DNA of 64,000 nucleotides from Obrimoposthia wandeli (taxonomy: Eukaryota): contig CDROCS010000506.1 of the NCBI GenBank assembly GCA_977020255.1, forward strand, positions 930,001 to 994,000, read 5' to 3'. This document shows positions 31,766-42,516 of this stretch, piece after piece. How positions within the stretch are numbered: the stretch's first letter is position 1; the number at the start of each line of letters is the position of its first letter. Under the pieces are notes generated by a model. It was not told the origin of the DNA. It saw only the letters and a program-made list of their open reading frames with translations, and made no database searches. Both the position numbers and the translations under genes were made by a program.

Positions 31766-33586
31766 ATGCGCATTGCTTTAATTGCCCTTGCCACCAGCTG
31801 TATTTTACTTGGCAATACAGCTCAAGCCACTGAAAAAAAACAAAATAACACTGTTGATAATTTGCAAACCGAGCTGGAAAGTATTCAATCTGAATACGGC
31901 ACATTCATTACATCACTTGCTGTGGTAAATGACAATATAGCTATCGAAAAAGCCAAATTAGCGCAAACAAGAACGCAAGGAAAAGCACTTGTTGGGCAAA
32001 CAACCAAAGCATTGACAGAAATGAACGAACAATATGCATTGATGATTGATAATCCAGCGCAAGACATAAGTGCTTCACAGGATGACTATCGCCAAGCAAT
32101 TCAGCAGCAACAGCAAAATAAACAGCTGATTAAAGATTCCGTTGCGACTTTAGCGCAGCTTAATAAACAACTGTCAGAAAAGAACATTGAACGCGTTAGA
32201 CTGCTAAATCAACGTGAAACAATCGGTGAAGAGATAAATATTTCACGTATTAATCGCCTGACCAATGAAATGCAGAAAACTCAATCTCACAGCATCAGCC
32301 AAAGTGTCAGCTGTGATTTGGAAACTTCATTTTCAAAATGTATTACTCGCAGTAATCTATTGAGTAAGCAAAAAGCATCGAAGACTTATTTAAACAACCT
32401 GTTTAGCTCAGTAACTGAAGCTAAGCTAGTTAATAAGCATAAAGCGAATTCCAACGCGCATGTTAAATTGCTAGGCAACAAGATACTAAACAGCGAATTC
32501 AGTGGTCAAGGTACCTATAGCTCAACAATGCAGGTAACAATGCAGGGCGTATTACCAAAAAATGAAGCCTGTAATCTTTTAAACATCTCTACTCGTTACT
32601 GCGCAGAACAAGCTCCTACAGCTAAAAAAAACCTCGCAAAAACGGATAAAGGAACATTATACGAACTGACTATTCGTTCTAACCAATATGATGATGAAGT
32701 CTTTATCGATGGCGTAAGCTATGGTTCGACCAAATTGTCGGTGATGTTGTCACCAGGTCCTCACCATATCGTGATCAAAAAACCTAGCTACAGGGACTTT
32801 GAGCAAAATGTGAAACTGAAAAGTAACACTATGGTCAGAGCGGAGTTAGTCAAAGCCAGCGTATCGTTAAAGAATGGTCAAGTAGTGCAAGACTTTTTAG
32901 CATCAGGTGAACGTGGTCCAGCATTAATTTCAGTACCAGCAGGTCAATTAGCCGCTAACGATAAGCAAATTAACGAGCTAGTGATTAAAGCATTTTCAGT
33001 AGGTACAAACCCGATTACAGTTGCTGATTTCAAACGTTTTGTTGCTGCGAGTAACTATACGACTGCAGCTGAATCAGGTAATGGTTGTGTTGAATATGTT
33101 GATGGTAAAGAAACATACAATGCCGACTTAAACTGGCGTCAACCTGGTTTTACCCAAACCGACGAGCACCCAGTTGTTTGTATTAACTCTGCCGATACCA
33201 ATGCTTACTTAACTTGGTTATCAAAAGCAACAGGCCAAAAATACCGTTTGCCAAACAATGGCGAGTGGGAATACTCAGCGCGAGCAGGCAGTAGTTACAA
33301 CTACTGGTGGGGTAACGATGCTGGTAACTCAAAAGCAAATTGCGCTTACTGTGGTAGCCAATGGTCAAATAAAAGCACCGCGCCGGTAAAATCATTTAAA
33401 GCCAATAGATTTGGCCTCTATGATACCGTCGGTAACGTTTGGGAACTGACTAGTGGTAATAATCTAGTGGCAAGAGGCGGCGCTTGGAACTTCGCACCTA
33501 AACTTGCTCAGGTTGATGTACGCCTCGAGTTAAAACCCGATTTCCGCGCTAACTACGTGGGCTTTAGAGCACTACGCGAAAACTAG
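31766..33586 (+). CDS. Secreted coiled-coil + PEGA + FGE/SUMF1-like protein
   Basis: Signal peptide, VFIDGVSYG PEGA, HPVVCIN, RLPNNGEWEYSAR, ANCAYCG, N.FGLYDTVGNVWE, GFRALR. Confidence 0.85.
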   Translation: MRIALIALATSCILLGNTAQATEKKQNNTVDNLQTELESIQSEYGTFITSLAVVNDNIAIEKAKLAQTRTQGKALVGQTTKALTEMNEQYALMIDNPAQDISASQDDYRQAIQQQQQNKQLIKDSVATLAQLNKQLSEKNIERVRLLNQRETIGEEINISRINRLTNEMQKTQSHSISQSVSCDLETSFSKCITRSNLLSKQKASKTYLNNLFSSVTEAKLVNKHKANSNAHVKLLGNKILNSEFSGQGTYSSTMQVTMQGVLPKNEACNLLNISTRYCAEQAPTAKKNLAKTDKGTLYELTIRSNQYDDEVFIDGVSYGSTKLSVMLSPGPHHIVIKKPSYRDFEQNVKLKSNTMVRAELVKASVSLKNGQVVQDFLASGERGPALISVPAGQLAANDKQINELVIKAFSVGTNPITVADFKRFVAASNYTTAAESGNGCVEYVDGKETYNADLNWRQPGFTQTDEHPVVCINSADTNAYLTWLSKATGQKYRLPNNGEWEYSARAGSSYNYWWGNDAGNSKANCAYCGSQWSNKSTAPVKSFKANRFGLYDTVGNVWELTSGNNLVARGGAWNFAPKLAQVDVRLELKPDFRANYVGFRALREN

Positions 33587-33635
33587 AATTACAGCGTTAC
33601 AAATCTGAAAAGATATGAACACTGATAATATTTAA

Positions 33636-33663
33636 ACGCCCAGCCTAACCACTGGGCGTTTTG
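33636..33663 (+). terminator. Terminator after FGE-like gene
   Basis: AACGCCCAG-CCTAACCA-CTGGGCGTT-TTG. Confidence 0.7.
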
Positions 33664-33744
33664 CATTCTAAGGCTCCAGCTTTGTGTTTCAAGAGATCGC
33701 TTTGTACCTTCAGACACTGCGCTGTATTCTTAAACCCTAAAAGC

Positions 33745-33780
33745 AAAAAAGCCCCAGTCTCTGCAGACTGGGGCTTTTTT
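33745..33780. terminator. Bidirectional terminator downstream of ppsA
   Basis: AAAAAAGCCCCAGTCT-CTGC-AGACTGGGGCTTTTTT. Confidence 0.88.
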
Positions 33781-33803
33781 ATTACACGTTATTCACTCAA
33801 GAT

Positions 33804-36179
33804 TTATTTAGCGTGTTTGTCCGCTAGATATAACCAAGTGCTTAATACTGTATCAGGGTTAAGCGATACACTATCAATACCTTGTTCAACTAACCATGCA
33901 GCGAAGTCTTCGTGATCCGATGGACCTTGACCACAAATACCAACGTATTTACCGGCTTTCTTAGCCGCTTGAATCGCCATTGCTAACAATGCTTTCACTG
34001 CGTCATTACGTTCATCAAACAGATGAGAGATGATGCCTGAATCGCGATCTAGACCTAATGTTAATTGCGTTAAGTCATTTGAACCGATAGAGAAACCATC
34101 AAAGTACTGTAGGAACTTGTCAGCCAGTAATGCATTCGATGGTACTTCACACATCATGATAACGCGTAAACCGTTCTCACCACGTTTCAAGCCGTGCTCT
34201 GCAAGTAAATCGATTACTGACGCCGCTTCGCTTAATGTACGCACGAATGGCACCATGATTTCAACGTTAGTCAGACCCATGTCGTTACGAACACGTTTCA
34301 TCGCTTCAGTTTCCAGTGCGAAACAATCGCGGAAATCTTGAGAGATATAACGTGATGCGCCACGGAAACCTAACATTGGGTTTTCTTCTTCTGGTTCGAA
34401 GAACTCACCACCAACAAGGTTAGCGTATTCATTTGACTTAAAGTCAGACATACGCACAATTACTTTTTTCGGGTAGAACGCCGCTGCTAGCGTAGAAATA
34501 CCTTCTTGTAATTTCGCGATGTAGAATTCAACTGGAGACTCATAACCGGCAATCATTTCGTTGATTTCAGCTTGTAGCTCAGGCGATTGCTTATCAAAGT
34601 TAAGCAATGCTTTCGGGTGAATACCAATCATACGGTTAATGATGAATTCAAGACGCGCTAGACCAACACCTTCGTTTGGTAATGCCGCGAAATCGAATGC
34701 ACGATCAGGGTTACCGACGTTCATCATTACTTTTACTGGAATTTCCGGTAAGTTATCAACTTTCGATGATGTTTCACGGAACGGTAAGATACCTTCATAA
34801 ATGAAGCCAGTGTCACCTTCAGCACAAGATACTGTTAGCTCTTGACCCGTTACAATAAGGTCTGTCGCGTTACCACAACCAACAACAGCAGGGATACCCA
34901 TTTCACGTGCAATAATTGCAGCATGACAAGTACGGCCACCACGGTTTGTTACGATTGCAGAAGCACGTTTCATGATAGGTTCCCAATCAGGGTCTGTCAT
35001 GTCTGTTACTAATACGTCGCCTTCTTTTACTTCATCCATTTGCGAAATTGATGAAATAACTTTAGCCGGACCTGCGCCAATCTTACCGCCAATTGCGCGG
35101 CCTTCACAAACAACTGTAGATTTAGCGTCTAAGTGGAAGCGCACCATTACTTGTTTGTCTTCACGGCTACGTACTGTTTCAGGACGTGCTTGAACGATAT
35201 AAATTTTGCCGTCGATTGCATCTTTAGCCCATTCGATATCCATCGCATGGCCATAATGTTTTTCGATAATCACAGCTTGTTTCGCTAGTTCCATTACTTC
35301 TTCGTCGGTAATAGAGAACTGACGAGACTTGCTTGCTTCAACATCAACGATTTGTACTTGTTTACCGTGACCTTCGTCAGCAGAGTAGATCATTTGGATC
35401 TGTTTGCTACCGATGTTACGACGAACAACAGCTGGTTTGCCTTTAGCAAGTGTTGGTTTGTGAACATAAAATTCATCAGGGTTAACTGCGCCCTGTACAA
35501 CCATTTCACCAAGACCGTATGAAGAAGTAATAAATACTACGTCTTCAAAACCAGATTCAGTATCAATAGAGAACATCACACCAGATGATGCTTCATCACT
35601 ACGAACCATGCGTTGAATACCCGCAGATAATGCAACACCACGATGGTCGTAACCAGAATGCACGCGGTAAGAGATAGCACGGTCGTTAAATAGTGATGCG
35701 AATACGTGTTTGATTGCAACAATGATGTTGTCATAACCACGTACGTTTAGGAATGTTTCTTGCTGACCAGCAAATGATGCATCAGGCATGTCTTCAGCAG
35801 TAGCCGAAGAACGAACTGCAAATGATGCCTGCTCGCCTGCTTCGCCTGCTAGAATTTCATAGCTTGAAGCGATAGCCGCTTCTAATTCAGGTTGGAAAGG
35901 TGTGTCGATGATCCATTGGCGAATTTTCGCGCCAGCTTCTGTTAACGCTGCAATGTTATCAACATCGAGATTGTCGAGTAGTGTGTAGATTTGATCGTTA
36001 ACACCACTTTGCTCTAAAAACTCATTAAACGCATCAGCGGTAGTCGCGTAACCACCAGGAACTTGCACGCCTGCGCCTGCTAAATTACTGATCATCTCGC
36101 CTAGAGATGCATTTTTGCCGCCAACTCGTTCTACGTCGTTCATTCCAAGTTTTTCGTACCCAATTACGTACTCTATCAC
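33804..36179 (-). CDS. ppsA: Phosphoenolpyruvate synthase
   Basis: [44 protein letters not shown]; GTG start with GGAG RBS. Confidence 0.99.
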   Translation of the reverse strand: MIEYVIGYEKLGMNDVERVGGKNASLGEMISNLAGAGVQVPGGYATTADAFNEFLEQSGVNDQIYTLLDNLDVDNIAALTEAGAKIRQWIIDTPFQPELEAAIASSYEILAGEAGEQASFAVRSSATAEDMPDASFAGQQETFLNVRGYDNIIVAIKHVFASLFNDRAISYRVHSGYDHRGVALSAGIQRMVRSDEASSGVMFSIDTESGFEDVVFITSSYGLGEMVVQGAVNPDEFYVHKPTLAKGKPAVVRRNIGSKQIQMIYSADEGHGKQVQIVDVEASKSRQFSITDEEVMELAKQAVIIEKHYGHAMDIEWAKDAIDGKIYIVQARPETVRSREDKQVMVRFHLDAKSTVVCEGRAIGGKIGAGPAKVISSISQMDEVKEGDVLVTDMTDPDWEPIMKRASAIVTNRGGRTCHAAIIAREMGIPAVVGCGNATDLIVTGQELTVSCAEGDTGFIYEGILPFRETSSKVDNLPEIPVKVMMNVGNPDRAFDFAALPNEGVGLARLEFIINRMIGIHPKALLNFDKQSPELQAEINEMIAGYESPVEFYIAKLQEGISTLAAAFYPKKVIVRMSDFKSNEYANLVGGEFFEPEEENPMLGFRGASRYISQDFRDCFALETEAMKRVRNDMGLTNVEIMVPFVRTLSEAASVIDLLAEHGLKRGENGLRVIMMCEVPSNALLADKFLQYFDGFSIGSNDLTQLTLGLDRDSGIISHLFDERNDAVKALLAMAIQAAKKAGKYVGICGQGPSDHEDFAAWLVEQGIDSVSLNPDTVLSTWLYLADKHAK

Positions 36180-36369
36180 GGCAGTTCTCCAGATTTAATC
36201 GATCTCAAAAATGATTTTAATTGTGGGCAATATTCGATATTGCTCACATATTATTAATGCAAAATAATCATCTTGCTTTCCTTAGTGTTTTTAATCATAC
36301 ACAGCTATTAATTTCAATGTAAGATACTTACTTAGAAAAATTCATCTGTTTATGAAAAGGATAGAGTCA

Positions 36370-37179
36370 ATGCAAACTGTTTTTTATGTCTCTGATGGCA
36401 CGGCGATCACCGCTGAAGTCTTTGGTCACGCCCTTCTAAGCCAATTTCCGATCGAATTTGAACAGCATACTTTCCCCTTTATTGAGACCGAAGAAAAAGC
36501 AAAAAATGTCACGCAAAAGATTAATGATATCGTTGCAAAAACAGGACAGAAGCCACTAGTGTTTCATTCGATAGTTTCATCTGAAATAAGGACAATCATC
36601 GAATCAAATCAAGGTCATTCTCACGACTTTTTGAGTACGTTTGTTGCACCGCTTTCTGAACAATTAAATATCAAAGCAGCGCCGAAATCTCATCGTACCC
36701 ACAGCCTCAAACTTGAGACTTATGATGCACGTATTGAAGCGGTCAATTATGCGTTAGCAAACGACGATGGTATTACTTGCAAAGATTATGACGATGCAGA
36801 TTTAATCTTAGTCGGTGTATCACGTAGTGGCAAAACCCCAACCAGTTTATATCTGGCACTACAGTTTGGTATCAAGACCGCTAACTACCCATTTATTGCC
36901 GATGACATGGATGAATTAAAACTGCCACCAGCATTAAAACGCAATAAACATAAAATATTTGGCTTAACGATTGATGTACAACGTTTACAGAATATTCGTA
37001 GCGAACGCCTTGCTAACAGTACTTACGCGTCATTACGTCAATGTAAGTTAGAGATTGCTGAAGTAGAATACTTGTATCGCAGTGAAAAGATCCCGTTCAT
37101 TAACAGTACTTCGTTTTCGGTTGAAGAGATCGCGACTAAGATATTGGATAAGAAAGGGCTGAAACGCCGTATTTTTTAA
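36370..37179 (+). CDS. ppsR: PEP synthase regulatory kinase/pyrophosphorylase
   Basis: [25 protein letters not shown]; divergent from ppsA; start trimmed to 36370. Confidence 0.96.
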   Translation: MQTVFYVSDGTAITAEVFGHALLSQFPIEFEQHTFPFIETEEKAKNVTQKINDIVAKTGQKPLVFHSIVSSEIRTIIESNQGHSHDFLSTFVAPLSEQLNIKAAPKSHRTHSLKLETYDARIEAVNYALANDDGITCKDYDDADLILVGVSRSGKTPTSLYLALQFGIKTANYPFIADDMDELKLPPALKRNKHKIFGLTIDVQRLQNIRSERLANSTYASLRQCKLEIAEVEYLYRSEKIPFINSTSFSVEEIATKILDKKGLKRRIF

Positions 37180-37234
37180 CTTTGTATTAATCAAACACAC
37201 TGCACGCTGTCATAGTCTATTAAGCGTGTAGTGC

Positions 37235-37282
37235 TTTTATAACTATTTTTATAACTATTTTTATAACTCTTTTTATAACTAT
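37235..37282. repeat. 12-bp tandem repeat (TTTTATAACTAT)4, overlapping the pabC stop
   Basis: Three perfect units and one with a single mismatch. Confidence 0.92.
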
Positions 37283-38130
37283 AGCTCTAATGCTTGCTGC
37301 AATAAACGCCATACCGCTGAATCATTCACAGCTAAGTCATAATAAATATCATCCGTATGCAGGCTCGCTTGCGGGTTAACAATCGCCTTTACTGGCACTA
37401 CGCCCATCACTGAATTAGTCATAAAAACTTCATCAGAAATCAGTAAGTCAGCAACAGTGTAATCTCCCGTTTCTAGTGTTAAATTCAGGTTATTCAACAA
37501 GTTCAAAACATGGGTTTTCATTACACCTTCAACACCACTGCGTTTTGTGCTTGCGGTATAGACTTTACCGGCTTTCACCCAAAATACGTTAGCAACAGAG
37601 GTTTCAATGAGATAACCCTCTGTCGAGCACACCAATCCATCGGCCATGCCATTGGCATCAAGTTCTTGCTTAATCATCACCTGATCAAGTCTATTTAAGG
37701 TTTTTAATCCGGCCAGTACTGGATTTACCGTTTGTTGATATTGGCACACCATCAATTCAATACCTGAGCACGCCCATTCACTGTATTGGGGCGGAGTCGG
37801 TCGATGCTGTAAATACCAATTAGCGCTTGAACAACCGCTAGTACCATAAGCATAACCATAGCCACGCCCGCCTTCGCCACGCGTGATAGTGACTTTTAAT
37901 ACCCCATTCTGTAATGCTTGCGCTTGTTCGATGATTGCGTCAATCAATGCATCCCACTGGCTAAACTCAATGGCTAGCACCTTGCACGCTTGCTGTAAGC
38001 GCGCCATATGCAGATCTAACAACTGCGCTTTCCCTTCTACTAACTTCATCGTAGTAAAATGGCCATCACCAAAGTTAAAACCACGGTCGGCAATTGCTAC
38101 ATCTTGACTGGGAGTGCCATTAATTATCAT
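37279..38130 (-). CDS. pabC: Aminodeoxychorismate lyase
   Basis: DRGFNFGDGHFTT, HMARL, GLKTLNRLDQV, ETSVANVF, GVEGVM. Confidence 0.92.
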   Translation of the reverse strand: MIINGTPSQDVAIADRGFNFGDGHFTTMKLVEGKAQLLDLHMARLQQACKVLAIEFSQWDALIDAIIEQAQALQNGVLKVTITRGEGGRGYGYAYGTSGCSSANWYLQHRPTPPQYSEWACSGIELMVCQYQQTVNPVLAGLKTLNRLDQVMIKQELDANGMADGLVCSTEGYLIETSVANVFWVKAGKVYTASTKRSGVEGVMKTHVLNLLNNLNLTLETGDYTVADLLISDEVFMTNSVMGVVPVKAIVNPQASLHTDDIYYDLAVNDSAVWRLLQQALEL

Positions 38131-38159
38131 GTGTTATGCATCCAAGTTACTGTCTTACA

Positions 38160-38810
38160 TTAAGGTTTAAGCACTGATTGTATGTTCACTCTGGCTTGGT
38201 TTTCAAATTTTTCAGTAAAATAATCAGAATAATAGATCTTTGATTGACGTAAGAACTGTTTAAGTAACCGTTTACGCCCAAATTTATACAACCATAACGG
38301 CACATGCTGGTATTCAGCACGTATCGACTTTTCATAACCGGTATAAATCGCGTCACCTTGGCCTAATATGGTTAAATCAATGTCTAGAAATAACCCCTGA
38401 TCATGCTGGCTAACTAAACCTGTCAGCGCATGACTTGGTTTACAGGGATGTCGCGTTAACAAAATCAGTTCATAGACTTGTTGGACTAAGGTGGTCGATA
38501 CTACAAAGTTAGTTAGCGCTGTAACAGCATATTGGGCACTTTTCTCTTCATTATCACTGCGTCTCACATCATAAATAATATCGTGAAACCAGATCGCCAA
38601 CGCCACAGCTAACGGATTATCTAATGTATCCTGTACCTGATCAAACCAAGTAAAGCAGGCGTCAATATGCTGAAGGTCATGATAATGCCGATGCGATTCT
38701 CGATAATGCGGTAACAACCGTGACCAAGACTGCTGTATTTCAGCCAAGCTCAACTGGGTAAAATGCTGCGTCAGTAAAGTCTGCCAACGCAAAGCCAAAC
38801 GCTCTTCCAT
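38160..38810 (-). CDS. HD-superfamily phosphohydrolase
   Basis: RHYHDLQH, WFHDIIYD, NEEKSA, FLDIDL. Confidence 0.88.
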   Translation of the reverse strand: MEERLALRWQTLLTQHFTQLSLAEIQQSWSRLLPHYRESHRHYHDLQHIDACFTWFDQVQDTLDNPLAVALAIWFHDIIYDVRRSDNEEKSAQYAVTALTNFVVSTTLVQQVYELILLTRHPCKPSHALTGLVSQHDQGLFLDIDLTILGQGDAIYTGYEKSIRAEYQHVPLWLYKFGRKRLLKQFLRQSKIYYSDYFTEKFENQARVNIQSVLKP

Positions 38811-38812
38811 TC

Positions 38813-39616
38813 TTAATTCCTATAACAAGGCGGAAACTGCTGAGGAATATCAGAGCAGATGCCAGTCACGCCCCAGTTATACAACTGATTGGCACGCGCT
38901 AGACTGTTAACCGTCCACACGTTGACGCTATAACCTGCTGCAGTCATGGCCTGAACTTGTTGCTCGGTCAAGCCTTTGTCCTTAGGATGCACGAATTCAG
39001 CACCAACATACTGCATCGACGTCAACCAATCATTCGGTAATGGTGATGCAAATAAACAGGCCAAGCTGATTTCCGGTGCTCGACGTTTTACTTCCGCCAA
39101 TAACAAATGATTAAAGCTAGAAATCAGTAATTGCTGCCCACCCTGCCAGTGGTGATTGATATCGCGAATAATGCCGTCGATTAATCTGTCTGTCGCCGCT
39201 TTATCTGTGCCTGACTTAATCTCTAAGTTCAGGTTCATGCCCGTCTCGTTGGTGAATAAGATAAGCTCCACCAGCGTGGGAATACGTTCTCCGACAAAAT
39301 CTAATCCGAACCATGCCCCTGCATCAATATCATCAAGATCGGTCACTGTCTTATCGCGTAATAAACCATTATGATCGCTGCAGCGGTCGAGCGTGGCATC
39401 ATGACAAATAACCACAGTGCCATCACCAAGCATATCCGCGTCCACTTCAATCCAGGGAACATTGTTGTCCTCGGCTAATTGAAACGCAGCCAAGGTATTC
39501 TCGGGGGCTATAGAAGAGGCACCACGATGCCCCATCACCATCTTGCCGGCTTTCTCACTGGCTGATGGATTGAACTGAAATGTATTGGCAATAATTTCAG
39601 ATGTTGTATTTGTCAT
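38813..39616 (-). CDS. Glycerophosphodiester phosphodiesterase (UgpQ-like)
   Basis: GHRGAS..APENTLAAF, IEVD, CHD..LDR, NLEIK, WTVN. Confidence 0.93.
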   Translation of the reverse strand: MTNTTSEIIANTFQFNPSASEKAGKMVMGHRGASSIAPENTLAAFQLAEDNNVPWIEVDADMLGDGTVVICHDATLDRCSDHNGLLRDKTVTDLDDIDAGAWFGLDFVGERIPTLVELILFTNETGMNLNLEIKSGTDKAATDRLIDGIIRDINHHWQGGQQLLISSFNHLLLAEVKRRAPEISLACLFASPLPNDWLTSMQYVGAEFVHPKDKGLTEQQVQAMTAAGYSVNVWTVNSLARANQLYNWGVTGICSDIPQQFPPCYRN

Positions 39617-39643
39617 AAATGGATCTCGGCTATAAAACAGACT

Positions 39644-40096
39644 TTACTTTGCAGGTCGGGTAATTACGCACGTCGCTGTACAATGAGCATAAAGCTTACC
39701 GTTAGCATCACGGATATCGCCTTCAGAGATAACAACCGTTTTAGAGACGTTTAATACCTTCCCCTTGGCATGTAATTCTGTGTCTTTTGGAATTGGGCGT
39801 ACCATTTTTACATTCAAATCTACCGTGCCATAACTCTCACCAGCAACCAGAGTGGTATGTGTTGCGCAACCAGTAACGGAATCAAGTACTGTCGCCGCAA
39901 AGCCACCGTGTACACCACCCATTGGATTTAAATGGCGATCATCGGCTTGCACTTTAAAGTGGATTTGACCTTCGCTTAAATCAATACATTGCATTGGCAT
40001 TGTGTGGCAAATTGAAGGATGTGGGAATATTCCCTCCGCCATTGCTTGTAATATCTCTAGTCCACTCATTTTTGCTGGGTTTAACTGCTGACTCAT
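39644..40096 (-). CDS. PaaI family thioesterase
   Basis: LNPMGGVHGGFAATVLDS; AAGGA RBS before ATG 40096. Confidence 0.92.
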   Translation of the reverse strand: MSQQLNPAKMSGLEILQAMAEGIFPHPSICHTMPMQCIDLSEGQIHFKVQADDRHLNPMGGVHGGFAATVLDSVTGCATHTTLVAGESYGTVDLNVKMVRPIPKDTELHAKGKVLNVSKTVVISEGDIRDANGKLYAHCTATCVITRPAK

Positions 40097-40333
40097 GCTC
40101 TTTCCTTGTCTCATTAACATTATTTTTAACTGCTGTATTACAACAATATTCTCACAAAACTACCGTAATCCGGTAACCATTGCTGATAATGTTACACCCG
40201 AATCTTATCAATTAACAATGGCGCAACAATAAATCGTGTAGATCGCCAAATATCACTTCCAACAATGCCTTATATACGGTACTTTTATTACAGAAAGATT
40301 AACAACAAACATAATTAAAGCGGTGGAGACGGG

Positions 40334-41551
40334 ATGTACTCAATAGAAAAATCTCATAAATTAGATAACGTGTGTTACGACATACGTGGGCCAGTATTAA
40401 AAGAAGCGAATCGCTTGGAAGAAGAAGGTCATCGAGTAATCAAATTAAACATCGGGAATCCCGCCCCATTTGGTTTTGAAGCCCCGGAAGAAATCGTTAA
40501 AGACGTGATTCATAACCTGCCATCGAGCCAAGGTTATTGTGACTCAAAAGGATTATACTCTGCGCGTAAAGCTGTAATGCAGCATTACCAACAGAAAGGT
40601 CTGTTAGATGTATCAATTGATGATATTTACTTGGGTAACGGTGTATCTGAATTAATCATGATGTCGATGCAGGCATTACTGAATAATGGCGATGAGATCT
40701 TAGTACCTTCTCCAGATTATCCATTGTGGACAGCGGCAATTACCCTTTCAGGCGGTAAAGCAACGCACTACATTTGCGATGAAGAATCTGATTGGTATCC
40801 TGATCTGGATGACATTAAAGCCAAGATCACCCCGAATACTAAAGGCATTGTTCTAATCAATCCGAACAATCCAACGGGTGCTGTTTATAGCAAAGAATTC
40901 TTGCTTGAAGTAATTGAAGTTGCTCGCGAGAACAGACTGATTATTTTTGCTGATGAAATCTATGACAAGATCTTATATGACGGTGTTGAGCATGTGCCTA
41001 TGTGTACACTGGCGCAAGATATCCTGATTGTGACTTTCAATGGTTTGTCTAAAGCCTACCGTATTGCTGGTTTCCGCTCTGGCTGGTTAGTATTAAGCGG
41101 TGCAACGCATTTAGCTAAAGACTATATTGCCGGATTAGAAATGCTTGCCTCGATGCGTCTGTGTTCTAACGTACCAATGCAACATGCGATCCAAACAGCG
41201 TTAGGTGGTTATCAAAGTATTAATGAATTGATTCTACCGGGCGGTCGTTTACTGGAACAACGTGATTTAGCTTGGAAGATGTTAAATGAAATTCCGGGCA
41301 TCTCGTGTGTGAAGCCAAAAGGCGCTATGTACCTGTTCCCGAAAATTGATATCGAGAAATTCAATATCAAAGACGATCAGAAATTTGCCTTAGATCTGTT
41401 ACAGCAAGAAAAGCTATTGATTGTACAAGGCACTGGTTTTAACTGGGGTCGCCCCGATCACTTCCGCGTGGTGTTCCTACCACGTGTTGAAGAACTAACA
41501 ATTGCAATTAACAAGCTCGCTAACTTCCTGAAGACTTACCGTCAGGATTAG
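40334..41551 (+). CDS. alaA: Glutamate-pyruvate aminotransferase AlaA (YfbQ)
   Basis: LDNVCYDIRGPV, KLNIGNPAPFGF, NPNNPTG, NGLSKAYR. Confidence 0.97.
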   Translation: MYSIEKSHKLDNVCYDIRGPVLKEANRLEEEGHRVIKLNIGNPAPFGFEAPEEIVKDVIHNLPSSQGYCDSKGLYSARKAVMQHYQQKGLLDVSIDDIYLGNGVSELIMMSMQALLNNGDEILVPSPDYPLWTAAITLSGGKATHYICDEESDWYPDLDDIKAKITPNTKGIVLINPNNPTGAVYSKEFLLEVIEVARENRLIIFADEIYDKILYDGVEHVPMCTLAQDILIVTFNGLSKAYRIAGFRSGWLVLSGATHLAKDYIAGLEMLASMRLCSNVPMQHAIQTALGGYQSINELILPGGRLLEQRDLAWKMLNEIPGISCVKPKGAMYLFPKIDIEKFNIKDDQKFALDLLQQEKLLIVQGTGFNWGRPDHFRVVFLPRVEELTIAINKLANFLKTYRQD

Positions 41552-41581
41552 TTTGCTGTTGAAATACAGAGTAGATATAAG

Positions 41582-41608
41582 AAAGGCGTCGTTATGACGT
41601 CTTTTTTG
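41582..41608 (+). terminator. alaA terminator
   Basis: AAAGGCGTC-GTTAT-GACGTCTTT-TTT. Confidence 0.8.
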
Positions 41609-41705
41609 TACTTGGAGATTAATACTTACCACATATGATAATTTCACTACAAACTAAAGAAACTGTTAACGCCTCAATCTCTAGCGACCCAACATAATTG
41701 AAGTG

Positions 41706-42197
41706 TTATTGCTGTTCTCTAAGCTCTATTAACGTTGCTTCAATGATACTAACTAGTGACTCTTCTTTATTATTATAAACCCAGTCAAGAAACTCCTGAG
41801 CATTAGAACCATTAAGGATGCTTTCTAAGTATTGCTGATTTTCAGCACCACTTAAAGCCCGCCCTTTAGTTTTAGAGTTAACATGTCCAACATAGTCATT
41901 ACGAAATGCGATAATACCGCTATTTTTTATTTTTTCCTGATATTCATTTCTCGTTTTAGACAACGAAGGAGAACACTCGTATAGCACTTTACTGTATTTC
42001 CGACAAAATTCGACATACTTTCCACAGTTCATGACGATTGAGGTAAATCCAATACGGAAAATGGCCTTTCTGGATACCCCTGGTAAAGGCTTTAACTTTC
42101 CAGTTTCAGAAGCTTTAATTAGATTTACAGCACCAATTAAGTCTCCGACAACACCATCAAGAATATATATTACATCTTCTAATTGGTCTTTCATCAT
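41706..42197 (-). CDS. Hypothetical helical protein with HEPN-like RNxxxxH motif
   Basis: 163 aa, FRNDYVGH at 41903-41883; AT-rich; interrupts alaA-yfbR synteny. Confidence 0.6.
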   Translation of the reverse strand: MMKDQLEDVIYILDGVVGDLIGAVNLIKASETGKLKPLPGVSRKAIFRIGFTSIVMNCGKYVEFCRKYSKVLYECSPSLSKTRNEYQEKIKNSGIIAFRNDYVGHVNSKTKGRALSGAENQQYLESILNGSNAQEFLDWVYNNKEESLVSIIEATLIELREQQ

Positions 42198-42301
42198 TCA
42201 CCCGAGTTAAATTTTTAGTATAGCGCCATAAAAGGTAAAGAAAAACCTAATTAAACAAATGGTTATACTAATAAAAATTTAATACTCCTCCATACCAAAC
42301 T

Positions 42302-42411
42302 CATGCTACAGTAATGAAACCGATGACTTACCTATGTTTAGCCTGTATTGTCATGAGGTGCCTTTCTTAATCTGGAGAACATCATGAGCCATTTTTCGCA
42401 ACTGGCACGTA
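42302..42411 (+). pseudogene. Remnant duplicate of yfbR promoter, RBS and first ~11 codons
   Basis: 42373-42396 TGGAGAACATCATGAGCCATTTTT is identical to 46381-46404; 42302-42340 resembles 46321-46359; degenerate MSHF..LAR. Confidence 0.75.
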
Positions 42412-42516
42412 TAATCCCCTTCGCCGCAGAGTGCTGTTTCGTCATATGACTAATATAAATGAAAAATAAAGACGCTGTTAAACGCCTTTATTCATCATAA
42501 AAATGGGTTACAAGGC

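Noticed and set aside
33661-33915. 84-aa ORF across the ppsA terminator
   Set aside because: TTG start without RBS; spans two terminators and the ppsA 3' end.
41610-41705. Integron attC site downstream of the HEPN-like gene
   Set aside because: No RYYYAAC/GTTRRRY pair with an imperfect long palindrome could be built.
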